A DNA stretch of 64,000 bases from an uncultured Ignavibacteriales bacterium. Lineage in GTDB: Bacteria; Zixibacteria; MSB-5A5; GN15; FEB-12. The notes under the pieces are model-generated. The model made no database searches. It worked only from the letters and a program-made list of their open reading frames with translations, and was not told where the DNA came from. Shown one piece after another: positions 49,443 to 59,577 of the stretch. Position 1 is the stretch's first letter; each line of letters opens with the position of its first letter. The stretch lies in assembly GCA_964464605.1 (NCBI GenBank), contig CAYXJN010000003.1, positions 124,001-188,000 of the forward strand. The letters run 5' to 3'. Both the position numbers and the translations under genes were made by a program.

Positions 49443-52226
49443 TTAGAACGGAGAAGGCATTGATCCGGGTGGCGGTTCCTGTCCCAGAAGCTGTTTCACT
49501 ATCGGATCGCCTAAATTAATTTTGTATTCAGCGAATTGGCGCGCCGCTTGTATCATTTCCTGCTGCCGTCCGAGATTCGACAGAACTGAAACCAACTTAC
49601 GGAACGAATAGCCGCTATTGGCATTCAGTTCAAACGATCGCCAAAGCAGGTTCACGCCATCCTCAACCATCGCCTGATTCTTGGTTCGCTTGCCCAATTC
49701 GGTTTTTGCCAATCCAAGGTCGCCCATGTAAAACAGATTGTTCGGATTGCTTGCCGCAAATGAAACAAGTGTATCATGTAAGCGTTGGGTGATGGCAGTA
49801 GCCTTGGCTGAATCGCCGCGCCGGTCTAAGGCATCACCGTAGATAACATAGGTCTGCCAATACTCCGGATACACCGTCATCATTTTATCCATGATCTTAA
49901 ATGCGCGCGCGGTATCGTCAGGAGTGCCGTGCCGCATCATTTCATCGTACAGCTTAATTGCCGAAACCCCAACGCCGACATACACGCCTGTTGCGTTTTC
50001 GTCACGATACACTCGTGAATCTTCATATCCGTCATAACGGAATTTGTTCATGAACAGGTCGTAGCTCTTTTCGACATCAATGAGCCCGGTCGGCGGGTTT
50101 TGCTGCAATTCATACACCAAACCGACACTGACGGCGCGTTGAGCGAGATTCAAAGGAGATTCAGAGGGGGATGAAGTAAAGCAAATTGGATACTTCCAGT
50201 TATTGGTTATCACGATTTCATCAACCATCATATCGGCAACGCGCACCACTTTTCCATTATGCACCCCTGCCTGCAGATAGGCTTGTCTGCGCCGCGCCCG
50301 GTCATTGAACATCTTGAGCGGTCGGGCGGGCTCTCCCTGTGCGACATTCTCGGTATCATACCAGAGAATCTGCTCATCGGTGAGGGGTATCGGCACACCG
50401 AAGATGTCCCGCATCTGTTTGACGTACCAATCTGTATTCAAAAGGGACAAGTTGACGATTTTTACATCGAGACGATACTTGAACGCCTCTTGTAGTGCCC
50501 AAAGCGGGAAAGTGTCATTATCACCTGAGCTAAAGAGAATGGCATCCTGAGGACAGCTGTCCAGAATATTTTTGGCGTAATAGTACGGAATATAATTATC
50601 GGAGCGGTCACAGGTGTGAAAACTGTGAGCGAAGGTCGTAACCGGCAGGAGCACCAAAATGGAACAGGCCATTACCACCTGTTTCTGTTTTGCGAAATCC
50701 GCACCGCCGAATTTGTTCTTTAAAAACAGCGCAATTTCCGCTACACCCATCCCCATTGCGATACCAAAGAACACGAAGGCGGGAGTAAAGAAATAATCAC
50801 GATCACGAACTTCCAAATACGCATCCCCCGTTCGGAAATCATACTGGGTGCCGTCCGCAAAATTCATATACAGTATCAACCCGGCTGAACAAAGCAGGAA
50901 CAAAGTCAAAAACGGCATGCCGATTTCTAAACGCCGCCTGATCGCCATCGTTATACCAATGATCCCAAGTACCAAGAACGGCAGAAACCCAAAGCCCGGC
51001 TTTGAATACTGCTCTTCGAAATATGACCAGAAGCCCATATGGGCATGACGGCCAAACTGATTTTCAAACGTACCGCGGCGATGGAACATCCGCTCCACCA
51101 TCGATTCAGAACCGTACTGTTTACGATCAAGGAAATTGATGAAGGTACTCCAATCGCGGGATGGATTATTTTCGTCAATACGCGGCCCGCCGTTTTCGAG
51201 CGGTACTGCAGAACGGATCGGAATAAAGGCATGCACCGACAAACCAACAAAGGCAACCACAACCAATGCCAACGCCGCTTTCCATTGGTTACGCACCGCC
51301 TGAGATTTGGCCATGAAGAAGGCGGCCAAAAGCAGCACCACGATGACTGGAGTGATTTTTTGATAGGTGCTGAAACCCATCATAACGGAGCTAACCGAAC
51401 CGATTGCAATAAGCATCGGGAAATGGATTTTCTTCCAGAGCAAAAGCGCTAATACCGCTAATAAAACTCCGGTTACAGTAAAGAATATTTTCTCCGGTTC
51501 TTGTCCACCTCGCCCATTTGAGAAAAGAAGGATAAGACACAATGAAATTATCATGAACAGGCAGACCATTAAATAATCCCGCTTTGTCGCCTCACGTTTT
51601 AGAATAAAGAAGATAGCACACATCGGAACGACAAGGAACACGGTCATATGTACGCCGACGCCGACCAAGGCTAAGTAAAATGCCATGATCAGATATTTGG
51701 CGGCATCGAACGTCCCCCGTTTGTCGAAATACTTGACCGTTAACCAGACAATCGCGACAGACAACAATAGCGCAACACCGTATACTTCCGCTTCAACCGC
51801 ATTTCCCCAGTTAGTGACGGAAAACGCGACAAACAGCGCGCCGGTAAATCCGCCGAGATAGCTTATCCAGCGGTTGATCGGCAAATGAGCATCATCGGAG
51901 AAGAAATAGCGAATTATGCGAACGGTAAGCAGATAACAGAACATCGCCATCAGCGCGGAAGACAGCACGGAGATAAGATTAATTCGCAGGGCAAAATCTC
52001 CGGCTAACGGCAGAACGTAAAACAGCCGCCCAATTAGGACGAACAGCGGCGTTCCCGGCGGATGCGGAATGCCGAGAATAGCGGAACAGGCAATAAATTC
52101 TCCGCAATCCCAAAACGGAATAGTCGGCTGAACGGTTATTGCATACGCAATCAACGAAATCAGAAACACCAGACCGGCAATGATGGCATTGGTACGGTCA
52201 AATCGCTCCTCGCTGACTATGGGCAT
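49443..52226 (-). CDS. DUF2723 / TMEM260-like GT-C membrane protein with C-terminal TPR-like region
   Basis: FWDCGEF, IPHPPGTP, EAEVY, EVRDRDYFF, GDNDTFPLW, NLSLLNTDWY. Confidence 0.88.
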   Translation of the reverse strand: MPIVSEERFDRTNAIIAGLVFLISLIAYAITVQPTIPFWDCGEFIACSAILGIPHPPGTPLFVLIGRLFYVLPLAGDFALRINLISVLSSALMAMFCYLLTVRIIRYFFSDDAHLPINRWISYLGGFTGALFVAFSVTNWGNAVEAEVYGVALLLSVAIVWLTVKYFDKRGTFDAAKYLIMAFYLALVGVGVHMTVFLVVPMCAIFFILKREATKRDYLMVCLFMIISLCLILLFSNGRGGQEPEKIFFTVTGVLLAVLALLLWKKIHFPMLIAIGSVSSVMMGFSTYQKITPVIVVLLLAAFFMAKSQAVRNQWKAALALVVVAFVGLSVHAFIPIRSAVPLENGGPRIDENNPSRDWSTFINFLDRKQYGSESMVERMFHRRGTFENQFGRHAHMGFWSYFEEQYSKPGFGFLPFLVLGIIGITMAIRRRLEIGMPFLTLFLLCSAGLILYMNFADGTQYDFRTGDAYLEVRDRDYFFTPAFVFFGIAMGMGVAEIALFLKNKFGGADFAKQKQVVMACSILVLLPVTTFAHSFHTCDRSDNYIPYYYAKNILDSCPQDAILFSSGDNDTFPLWALQEAFKYRLDVKIVNLSLLNTDWYVKQMRDIFGVPIPLTDEQILWYDTENVAQGEPARPLKMFNDRARRRQAYLQAGVHNGKVVRVADMMVDEIVITNNWKYPICFTSSPSESPLNLAQRAVSVGLVYELQQNPPTGLIDVEKSYDLFMNKFRYDGYEDSRVYRDENATGVYVGVGVSAIKLYDEMMRHGTPDDTARAFKIMDKMMTVYPEYWQTYVIYGDALDRRGDSAKATAITQRLHDTLVSFAASNPNNLFYMGDLGLAKTELGKRTKNQAMVEDGVNLLWRSFELNANSGYSFRKLVSVLSNLGRQQEMIQAARQFAEYKINLGDPIVKQLLGQEPPPGSMPSPF

Positions 52227-52386
52227 GGAATCAAGACTCCTTTATCTGAATCAGATATATTCACTCAAACAGGCAATAATCGGTTATACACCAAAATCGC
52301 CGAAGCGGGAATATATGCCGCAAAGAAAGCGGAGTCCAAAGATATTTCCTGAGACAACAGCGGGTTGTGAAACGGAAAAAGCGGGC

Positions 52387-54279
52387 TTAGGCGGCGTTTT
52401 CGAGCGCTTTCATCCGCTTGCGGGCATCAGCCGCATAGGGATGATTCGGGTATTTTTCCAGAAGTTCCCGATAGAGCTGTTGGGCGGCCTCTCTCCCCTG
52501 CAGGTGAAGTGACTTCAAATCAGCCAGTTCCTTGAGCATATACGGACGATAAAAAGAATCGGTAAAATCATGGATCCCCTGCTCCAAATAACCGGTCGCC
52601 TGTGTCGTGTCTGATTGCTTGAGCATGAGGTCGGCTAACATATAACAGGCAACGTCGGCGAGACGTTTGTCATCGCCGGACATCAGATCGGTCAATGCTG
52701 TTTTGGCGGAATCAGGCAGACCGATAACGCGATACCGCTCCGCATCGGCATACCGGCCTAACAGATCGGGATTATCCGAAGCATCGCCGACCACCAACTG
52801 TAAACGAAGTGCATCGTTCATGTATATCCCGCGCGGGAAATCGACGGTCAGCTTGCGGAGTTTAACGGCGCTGGAATCAAATTCTTTTAACAGAAACAAC
52901 ACATAACCGAGATGGTACTGAACATTCTCACTGTTGGTTTCATCAAGCTGTACCGCTTGTGCCTGCATAAGCGCTTCTTTCGCCTTTGCCAAATCACCTT
53001 TTTTCAAGAACACTTGCGGACGGCGCGACTGTGAGTTAAACCAGGCGAATCCTTCCCGGTAGTTGTTAATCACTGAGTCGAAGGCAGCTAAGGCATCATC
53101 GTACCGATGAGACCTTTCTAAATGCGTCAGTCCGATACGATAGAGCGCTTCCCCTTTGTCCGCCGGAACGGGTGACTTATTCACGATGATAGAATATGTG
53201 GCGACTGCGGAATCATACATTCCGGCTGCGGACAAGGCATCACCATAGAGAAAGTACATTTCAATCGAAGAGGGGCTTTCGGTATAACGCGGAAAATAAT
53301 ACCGCGCCATACTGATCGCCTGTGTATACAATTTCCTATCGAGACAGGCGTTCATATAGAACAACAGATTTTTGCCGTCCTGTTTGCCGACGGAATCAAG
53401 TATCAGCGCGGAAGTAAATGCGTCAGCAAATCGATTGTTTTTCAAATAGAATTGCGAAAGTACCTTCAGTGCTTCCGGCTGCTGGGGTGACTTGGTCAAT
53501 TCTTTCAGTGTTTTTTCCGCTTCCGGTGATGATTCCGGATAATCCAAAAGGGCTGCTAAATTGACGCGGGCGGATATTTGACGGTCATCCGGGTCCATAG
53601 AAGCCGTTAAATATTCTATCGCCGCTTTACCATACTGACGCTGCTGCTCGAAAATCTTTCCACGCTCGACTGCATACAAAGTGGGGTCTTTTCCCTGTAA
53701 TCGAAGTGAATCAATCAGCACCAGCGCGGAACTGTTCGCATTGGCTGCCACCATACTTTGAATCAGCATGCTCAGGCGATGTTTATCCAACGCCGGTACT
53801 TGTAAACGAGCTTTTGTGAAAGCGGAATGGGCGGCGGCTGTTTTCCCCTGACGATTCAACGTCTGCCCCAGATATAACCAATACTCAAAACTGTTCGGTT
53901 TTTTTTCCAACTGACGGCGAATCAACACTTCTGATTTGTCGTAATACTGAAGCGCGTCGTAGCTGTTGCGCAAAAGATTGAAAACCGCGCTGTTTTCCGG
54001 ATTTTTTTCGTAGAGCAGTTCCAGCAGTGCAGAAGCAGCCATGTAGTTGCCGTCGGAAATCAGTTGCCGTGCCGCTTGCAGTTGCTGCTCAAGCTCTGAC
54101 AATTGCCGTCCTCCTTGCGAGGGAACTTCTATTGCTCCTTGCAATACGCTTCGACCAGCAGAATCGGTAAGCACTTGCGGCTTATAGCTTGGCGCATCTT
54201 CGGCAAATGCAGTCGTGCTGATACACAAACAGACCAAAATGATCAAACGAGCCATATGCATGCGAAAACAAAAACTCAT
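52387..54279 (-). CDS. Secreted multi-TPR protein
   Basis: Signal peptide and repeated TPR/BamD-like helices. Confidence 0.82.
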   Translation of the reverse strand: MSFCFRMHMARLIILVCLCISTTAFAEDAPSYKPQVLTDSAGRSVLQGAIEVPSQGGRQLSELEQQLQAARQLISDGNYMAASALLELLYEKNPENSAVFNLLRNSYDALQYYDKSEVLIRRQLEKKPNSFEYWLYLGQTLNRQGKTAAAHSAFTKARLQVPALDKHRLSMLIQSMVAANANSSALVLIDSLRLQGKDPTLYAVERGKIFEQQRQYGKAAIEYLTASMDPDDRQISARVNLAALLDYPESSPEAEKTLKELTKSPQQPEALKVLSQFYLKNNRFADAFTSALILDSVGKQDGKNLLFYMNACLDRKLYTQAISMARYYFPRYTESPSSIEMYFLYGDALSAAGMYDSAVATYSIIVNKSPVPADKGEALYRIGLTHLERSHRYDDALAAFDSVINNYREGFAWFNSQSRRPQVFLKKGDLAKAKEALMQAQAVQLDETNSENVQYHLGYVLFLLKEFDSSAVKLRKLTVDFPRGIYMNDALRLQLVVGDASDNPDLLGRYADAERYRVIGLPDSAKTALTDLMSGDDKRLADVACYMLADLMLKQSDTTQATGYLEQGIHDFTDSFYRPYMLKELADLKSLHLQGREAAQQLYRELLEKYPNHPYAADARKRMKALENAA

Positions 54280-57200
54280 TCGTTCGGCTGAGTCTGCGGT
54301 TGAATCGTATGTGCACCGCTTTCGGCTTCAAGCAAGGTACGGAAGTAGGCTTTGACCTGTTCTTTATATTGCGGCGGGTAGTTGCCGCTTAAGAATTCAC
54401 GAAGTCTATCTTCGATATTCGCTTTGTCGTTCAACACATCAGATGAAAACGCCGGCGGCACAAACGGCGCGACATTCTGCGCGGTTGCGGCGCGACGCTG
54501 TTCCGTGAAATCTTTCCGCTGCAGGGAGCGGGAAGCTTCTAACATGCGGGAATAGATATTCAACTGCCGATCGAGCGTTTCTTGACCGACATTACCGCTT
54601 TCCAGCGCTTCTTCCACTTCTTTCATCTCTTTTGCGATGTCATCGAGGCGGCCTAAAATCTGACGTGATCCGCCGAACTCATCATTCAAATCTTCAAGCG
54701 ATTTGCGAATGGCTGACTGTTCGCCTGCCATTCGTTCCATTGCTTCGCGCCCAGCGGCACCGCTTGAACCCGGTTTCGGATTCGAGCCGCCGGGATTGTT
54801 GCATTGTCCCTGAGTCTTTTGATTCAGCTGCTGTTGTTTCTGACTGAGCGACTCCAATTGTGAGACATTTTTATCGCAGCTTCCGCCGTTGTTGCACTGT
54901 TTCTGCTGGTTCATCGATTCCATCAACCGCTGCGACGCTTTGTTGAGCGACGCCATCGCATCCCGCTGGTTCATCGTCGCCTGGCTGCCGCGAGTTCCTT
55001 CAAGCCCTTCGGCGGCCGCTTTCATTCCCTGAATAGCTTCTTTCACCAAACTTTGCAGTTCGGCGGCAACAAACGGGGAAGATTTGCCCAGTTCATCGAT
55101 TTGCGCCTGCAGCGATGCACTCGCTTCGGCCAGATCGAGCTGCTGGTGAGTCATATCCCGCAGTGCCGTCGATGTTGCGTTCATCATGGCCGCTTCCTGC
55201 ATCAGGTCTTCCTGGTTTTGCGAAAGCTGGTTGGCATCCTGAATCGTGTTCTTCATTTTTTTGGCAAACTCTTCGCTGTTTTGACCCTTCATGGAGGCCA
55301 ATGAAGACTGCATCTGCCCAAGCATGTTCATCATTTTCTTTTTCGCTTCCTTACCCTGTTCAGAAGCGGAGTTCTTTTCCTGTTTCTTGAGCGCGTCGGA
55401 CATCTGCTCTAAGTTTTTGTCGGCGTCGGTTTCCTTGAGCGCATCGGCAAATTTCTGAGCTTCCTTGTCCTGTTCCATCTTGGCTTCTTTCATCATCTGC
55501 TCAAGCTCGGACACTTCTTTTTTCAACTGCTCTAAAGATTCCTTGTTCTCATCCGCTTTTTTACTTAATGGGGAAAGCTGCGCTTTTTCTTTGGCCTCAT
55601 CGGTCGCTTTGTTGGCGTTTTCCTGCTTTTCGACCAGCTCTTCCATCTTCCGCATCATTGCTTCCATCTTTTGCTCTACCTGCATCTTTTTAAGAAGAGC
55701 AAGGGTGCGCTCCAGACGTTCGAGCATCTCTTTTTGCGAAAGGGAATATTCTTCCATCGCCTTTTTGATATCTTTCGGGTCCATCGACTTCAGCGCTTCC
55801 ATCAATTCTTTCTGCGCATCTTTCATCTCCGGCGTAGCGACATCTTCAAAAAGCTTTTGAATCTGCGCCATCTTTTCCATGATCTCGCGGGACAGCAAAG
55901 CGTTGTCCTGCATATTGTCGATCGATTTGTTCATCTCCTCTGCCATCTTTTCGATGTTGTCGAACAGCTCGGAGTTCTTATCGACAATCGCTTCCAGTTC
56001 TTTTTTATCTTCCCACTCTTTCGCGCCCTGGGATTTTGCCTCAGCCTGCATCTTGCGGGCAGCAGCCTGTAAGCGCTGGTTTACATCTTTTGCCTGATTG
56101 AAGAAATCTTCTGTTTTCTGAACACGATTGGTGCTTTCCTCTTCAGTTTGTGACAGCACCTCCTCAAGCGAGGGAAGTCGCGCGATAAATTGGCGTGTAC
56201 GGGAAATTTTGGGACCGTTAATCGCATCATTATCCGCAACTTCAAAATAATAGCCGACATAATCACCCGGCTTTAGACCGATCGATTCTAAATTCCAATT
56301 AAACTCGACATCCCCTTCGGTCTTGACACTTTCCGAATAATGCAAAACGGCAACATGTTCTTCCGACAGTCTCCCTTGCGACATCGTTTGGAATTTCAAT
56401 ACGAGCGATGAAAATCCGAAGTCATCAAAGATACGAACCTGTAACGGAAGCATCATGTCTACGTTGAGGTTGACATCGTATCCGGGGTATAACGCTTCAA
56501 CCGACGGGTATTCATCCGGAATCGCCGTGATGTAATATTCAATCGGATCAGGGTTCGCTTCACCAAGAGCATCGGTCAACATGATATGGTAGCTTTGCGT
56601 TTTATCGACGATCAGATTACCTTCCGCATACCGATCAGTGATATTGAGCGGAAGTGCGCCTACTGTAGCATCGGCAAATTGCAGTGATGCCGTTTTCATT
56701 GGCGCATTCGTTTCAACGCGAGCCGTAACGCGGCTGCCCACTACGGCTGAGAATGAACCATTGTTTTCATCGATAACGGTCGGCGGCAACTTTGTGTATG
56801 CCGGCGGGAACACTGAAAGTTTGATTCCGGTAACGCGCGGACGGTCGACAACGTCGACACTTTGTACTTCGGTAGTAATATCTCCCGCTTCGATATAGTA
56901 ATCGAAGGAGCGGCTTACCTGACGAAGCGTAAACGACGGCGCAATAGAATCACCATGCTGCGATAATGCTTTTTGTAAATTGCGAAGATCGACATCCGTT
57001 TTCTGCCAGCTCCCCCCGGCGAAGCGGTGGTAGATCGATGCGGTCTGTGGGAAATTATCTCCTGAGATTGCGGCACCGATAGTGATGTCGCGGAACTTAA
57101 TCCACTGCGTATTACCGGGAAACGCAACCACCTGATACCCAAGCGGCGGCGCGACTTTGGTGAGCGGGTCGGAGAATACTTCATATCCGCGCGTGAATAA

Positions 57201-57716
57201 TCCGGGTGCAATGACAACCAATAGCGTGGCGGCAATTGCAGCCAAGCCGAACGTTCTGCCGCTTTTACGAAGCGGCGCGAACGGAACAACTTCATCGAAT
57301 TTTATTTCACCCGTTTCTTTTAAAGCAACCTGTTCGGTCATGCGGACAAGTTCATCCGAGAATCCGCTTTGGTTCCCCATTCGGGAGAACTGTACCGCAG
57401 CAATAAGCACACCTTTGAGCGACGGGTACTTTTGCTCCAGGGCTACGGCGACGGCGTCAATAGAGCCGTACGAAAATGCACTGCGAATGTACTTGAATAC
57501 AAAGAAACCGAGCGCACCGAGTGAGAGGACTAACAGCGACATTTTCACCGCCACCGGAAGCACGAATAGAGTAGCGATAAATGACAATAACAGGGTAATA
57601 CCGATAGCCGCCGCAAGCAGAGTTGCCACCCCGGCTAAAAACAAGACCGCCCGCTGTTTGAACAATACCTGCTTTAACGCCTGCGCTAATTCTTCTCGTG
57701 ATCCTATATGCGCCAT
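54276..57716 (-). CDS. DUF4175-like membrane protein with long coiled coil
   Basis: Three N-terminal TMs, PPAYT, DDFG, EVADND, Q/E/M-rich coil, YPPQYKEQVKAYF. Confidence 0.8.
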   Translation of the reverse strand: MAHIGSREELAQALKQVLFKQRAVLFLAGVATLLAAAIGITLLLSFIATLFVLPVAVKMSLLVLSLGALGFFVFKYIRSAFSYGSIDAVAVALEQKYPSLKGVLIAAVQFSRMGNQSGFSDELVRMTEQVALKETGEIKFDEVVPFAPLRKSGRTFGLAAIAATLLVVIAPGLFTRGYEVFSDPLTKVAPPLGYQVVAFPGNTQWIKFRDITIGAAISGDNFPQTASIYHRFAGGSWQKTDVDLRNLQKALSQHGDSIAPSFTLRQVSRSFDYYIEAGDITTEVQSVDVVDRPRVTGIKLSVFPPAYTKLPPTVIDENNGSFSAVVGSRVTARVETNAPMKTASLQFADATVGALPLNITDRYAEGNLIVDKTQSYHIMLTDALGEANPDPIEYYITAIPDEYPSVEALYPGYDVNLNVDMMLPLQVRIFDDFGFSSLVLKFQTMSQGRLSEEHVAVLHYSESVKTEGDVEFNWNLESIGLKPGDYVGYYFEVADNDAINGPKISRTRQFIARLPSLEEVLSQTEEESTNRVQKTEDFFNQAKDVNQRLQAAARKMQAEAKSQGAKEWEDKKELEAIVDKNSELFDNIEKMAEEMNKSIDNMQDNALLSREIMEKMAQIQKLFEDVATPEMKDAQKELMEALKSMDPKDIKKAMEEYSLSQKEMLERLERTLALLKKMQVEQKMEAMMRKMEELVEKQENANKATDEAKEKAQLSPLSKKADENKESLEQLKKEVSELEQMMKEAKMEQDKEAQKFADALKETDADKNLEQMSDALKKQEKNSASEQGKEAKKKMMNMLGQMQSSLASMKGQNSEEFAKKMKNTIQDANQLSQNQEDLMQEAAMMNATSTALRDMTHQQLDLAEASASLQAQIDELGKSSPFVAAELQSLVKEAIQGMKAAAEGLEGTRGSQATMNQRDAMASLNKASQRLMESMNQQKQCNNGGSCDKNVSQLESLSQKQQQLNQKTQGQCNNPGGSNPKPGSSGAAGREAMERMAGEQSAIRKSLEDLNDEFGGSRQILGRLDDIAKEMKEVEEALESGNVGQETLDRQLNIYSRMLEASRSLQRKDFTEQRRAATAQNVAPFVPPAFSSDVLNDKANIEDRLREFLSGNYPPQYKEQVKAYFRTLLEAESGAHTIQPQTQPNE

Positions 57717-57788
57717 TATGACCTCACTGCTATCGTAAACGTATACATTCGTGTCAATGTGTAACCAAGGTAAGTATCGGCTGCTTTG

Positions 57789-58529
57789 TTAATATAACAG
57801 AGCATAGGTTAAAAGGTTAACACCCATTTGTAGGGCTAACTGCCGCTTTTCGGGCGGATCGTTGTGCACTTGCTGGTCTTCCCATCCATCCCCGATATCC
57901 GATTCCACCAGCAAATAGACGGCCACCCTGCCGTCAATGATTACTGCATACCCGCGCGGGGGCTTGCCGTCATGCTCATGTATTTTCGGCGGCCCGGAAG
58001 CAAAATCGGTAAAGCAGTGGTACAGGGGGTGGTCAAAGGGGACTTCTACCATTTCCCGCTCCGGGAAAAGCGCTTTTATCCCCTCTTTGGCCGAGGCTTC
58101 CATTCCATAGGAATCGTTAATAAACAGAAACCCACCTGCTGCCAGGTACGTGCGCATCCGCTGCCGCTCTTCGGCATTAAAGCTGATAGTCCCATGGCCG
58201 GTAGCAAACAGGAAGGGGTACTGAAACAGGTCTGCGTCCATGATTTCGACCTGCCGTTCGATGGTATCTATGACAAACGGGGTGTTTTCCCGGGCATATT
58301 TGAGCAGATTCGGGATTGCCGATGTCCCCCAGTACCAGTCCCCTCCTCCGCCATAGTGCAAACGGGCAACTTTGAGGGCGGAAGGGTTCTTGTGATAGCC
58401 GGTTTGCGGCTTCTGCATGCTGGGCATATCCATCTGCCCCAACCGTGCCCGCTGGGCCAAAAGTCCGGCGGCTATGCACGAGACTAAAAGGAGGGTAAAT
58501 ACGAGCGATTTTACGGAGAAATTTCGCAT
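57789..58529 (-). CDS. DUF4159 domain protein
   Basis: GGGDWY, YPFLFATGHG, GGFLFINDSYG, PKIHEHDG, DIGDGWE; probable start 58529. Confidence 0.88.
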   Translation of the reverse strand: MRNFSVKSLVFTLLLVSCIAAGLLAQRARLGQMDMPSMQKPQTGYHKNPSALKVARLHYGGGGDWYWGTSAIPNLLKYARENTPFVIDTIERQVEIMDADLFQYPFLFATGHGTISFNAEERQRMRTYLAAGGFLFINDSYGMEASAKEGIKALFPEREMVEVPFDHPLYHCFTDFASGPPKIHEHDGKPPRGYAVIIDGRVAVYLLVESDIGDGWEDQQVHNDPPEKRQLALQMGVNLLTYALLY

Positions 58530-58587
58530 ATAGTAATATACCCGGAAATGCTGATTTTCGACGGAAATAAACCCAAAAAAGAGAGAT

Positions 58588-58617
58588 AAAAAAGGCCGCC
58601 TAAACGGCGGCCTTTTA
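58588..58617 (-). terminator. Intrinsic terminator after secF
   Basis: AAAAGGCCGCC-TAAAC-GGCGGCCTTTT. Confidence 0.75.
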
Positions 58618-58640
58618 ACGGAATCAAAATGGTTCAACCC

Positions 58641-59564
58641 TTATTTGAATCGTGCCGGTTTACGCTGCTCCCATTCGTAAATAATCGGGCTGGCGACGAA
58701 AATCGAGCTATATGTTCCGATAACCACCCCGAGCACTAAGGCTAAGGCGAAGTTCCGGAGTGTTTCACCACCCAAAAACACCATTACCGTCACCACCACC
58801 ACCGTCGTGGAGGTGTTGATAGTACGGGAAAGCGTTTCATTGATCGAGCGGTTGATACAGTTCATAAACTGCGCCTTCGATCGGAATTTCCGCAGATTCT
58901 CACGAATACGGTCATAGACCACGACCTTATCGGTTAGTGAATACCCGGCCAAGGTCAACAGGGCGGTAATGACCAACAGATCGAATTCGACACCGAGGAC
59001 ATAGAAAATCCCGATCACGGCGAGCACGTCATGAATCATCGCCACCGTTGCCGCAACTCCCGAGCGAAAGTCAAAGCGGAACGCAATGTAGACAAGAATA
59101 CCGAGAATCGAGAGCATGACTGCCACGCGGGCATCACGGGCAAGCTGGTCACCGACTGCAGAGCCGATAACGTTTTCCGAGTCCTTGGTAAAGGTATTAC
59201 CCGGAAACTGCGTAGCCATCAATGCTGTCAGATGATCCGCTTCCTGCATCCCTTCCGATTCGGTTTTGGGCAGCTTGGTTTTGATAATATACGCATACGG
59301 GAACGAGAAATCTTTCACCTCGTTTATTTCTGCATCCGGAAACTCGGATGCTACCGCGTTACGCAGTTGATCGATGGAAACCGGCTGGGCAAAATGGCCT
59401 TGCACCATGATACCACCGGCGAAATCGATCCCGAGATTGGCTTTACCGAGCCACACCATACCGAGACCGAAAAGACCGACAACGGCAAGCACCGCAGAGA
59501 TAACGAACGCCATCTTGCGTTTGCCGATAAAATCTATACTTGGAACTCCAATAAGCGAAAACAT
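58641..59564 (-). CDS. secF: Protein translocase subunit SecF
   Basis: GIDFAGG, IHDV, GYSLTDKVVVYDRIRE, TLSRTINT, GTYSSIF. Confidence 0.95.
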   Translation of the reverse strand: MFSLIGVPSIDFIGKRKMAFVISAVLAVVGLFGLGMVWLGKANLGIDFAGGIMVQGHFAQPVSIDQLRNAVASEFPDAEINEVKDFSFPYAYIIKTKLPKTESEGMQEADHLTALMATQFPGNTFTKDSENVIGSAVGDQLARDARVAVMLSILGILVYIAFRFDFRSGVAATVAMIHDVLAVIGIFYVLGVEFDLLVITALLTLAGYSLTDKVVVYDRIRENLRKFRSKAQFMNCINRSINETLSRTINTSTTVVVVTVMVFLGGETLRNFALALVLGVVIGTYSSIFVASPIIYEWEQRKPARFK

Positions 59565-59577
59565 GGTTTTTCCTTCC

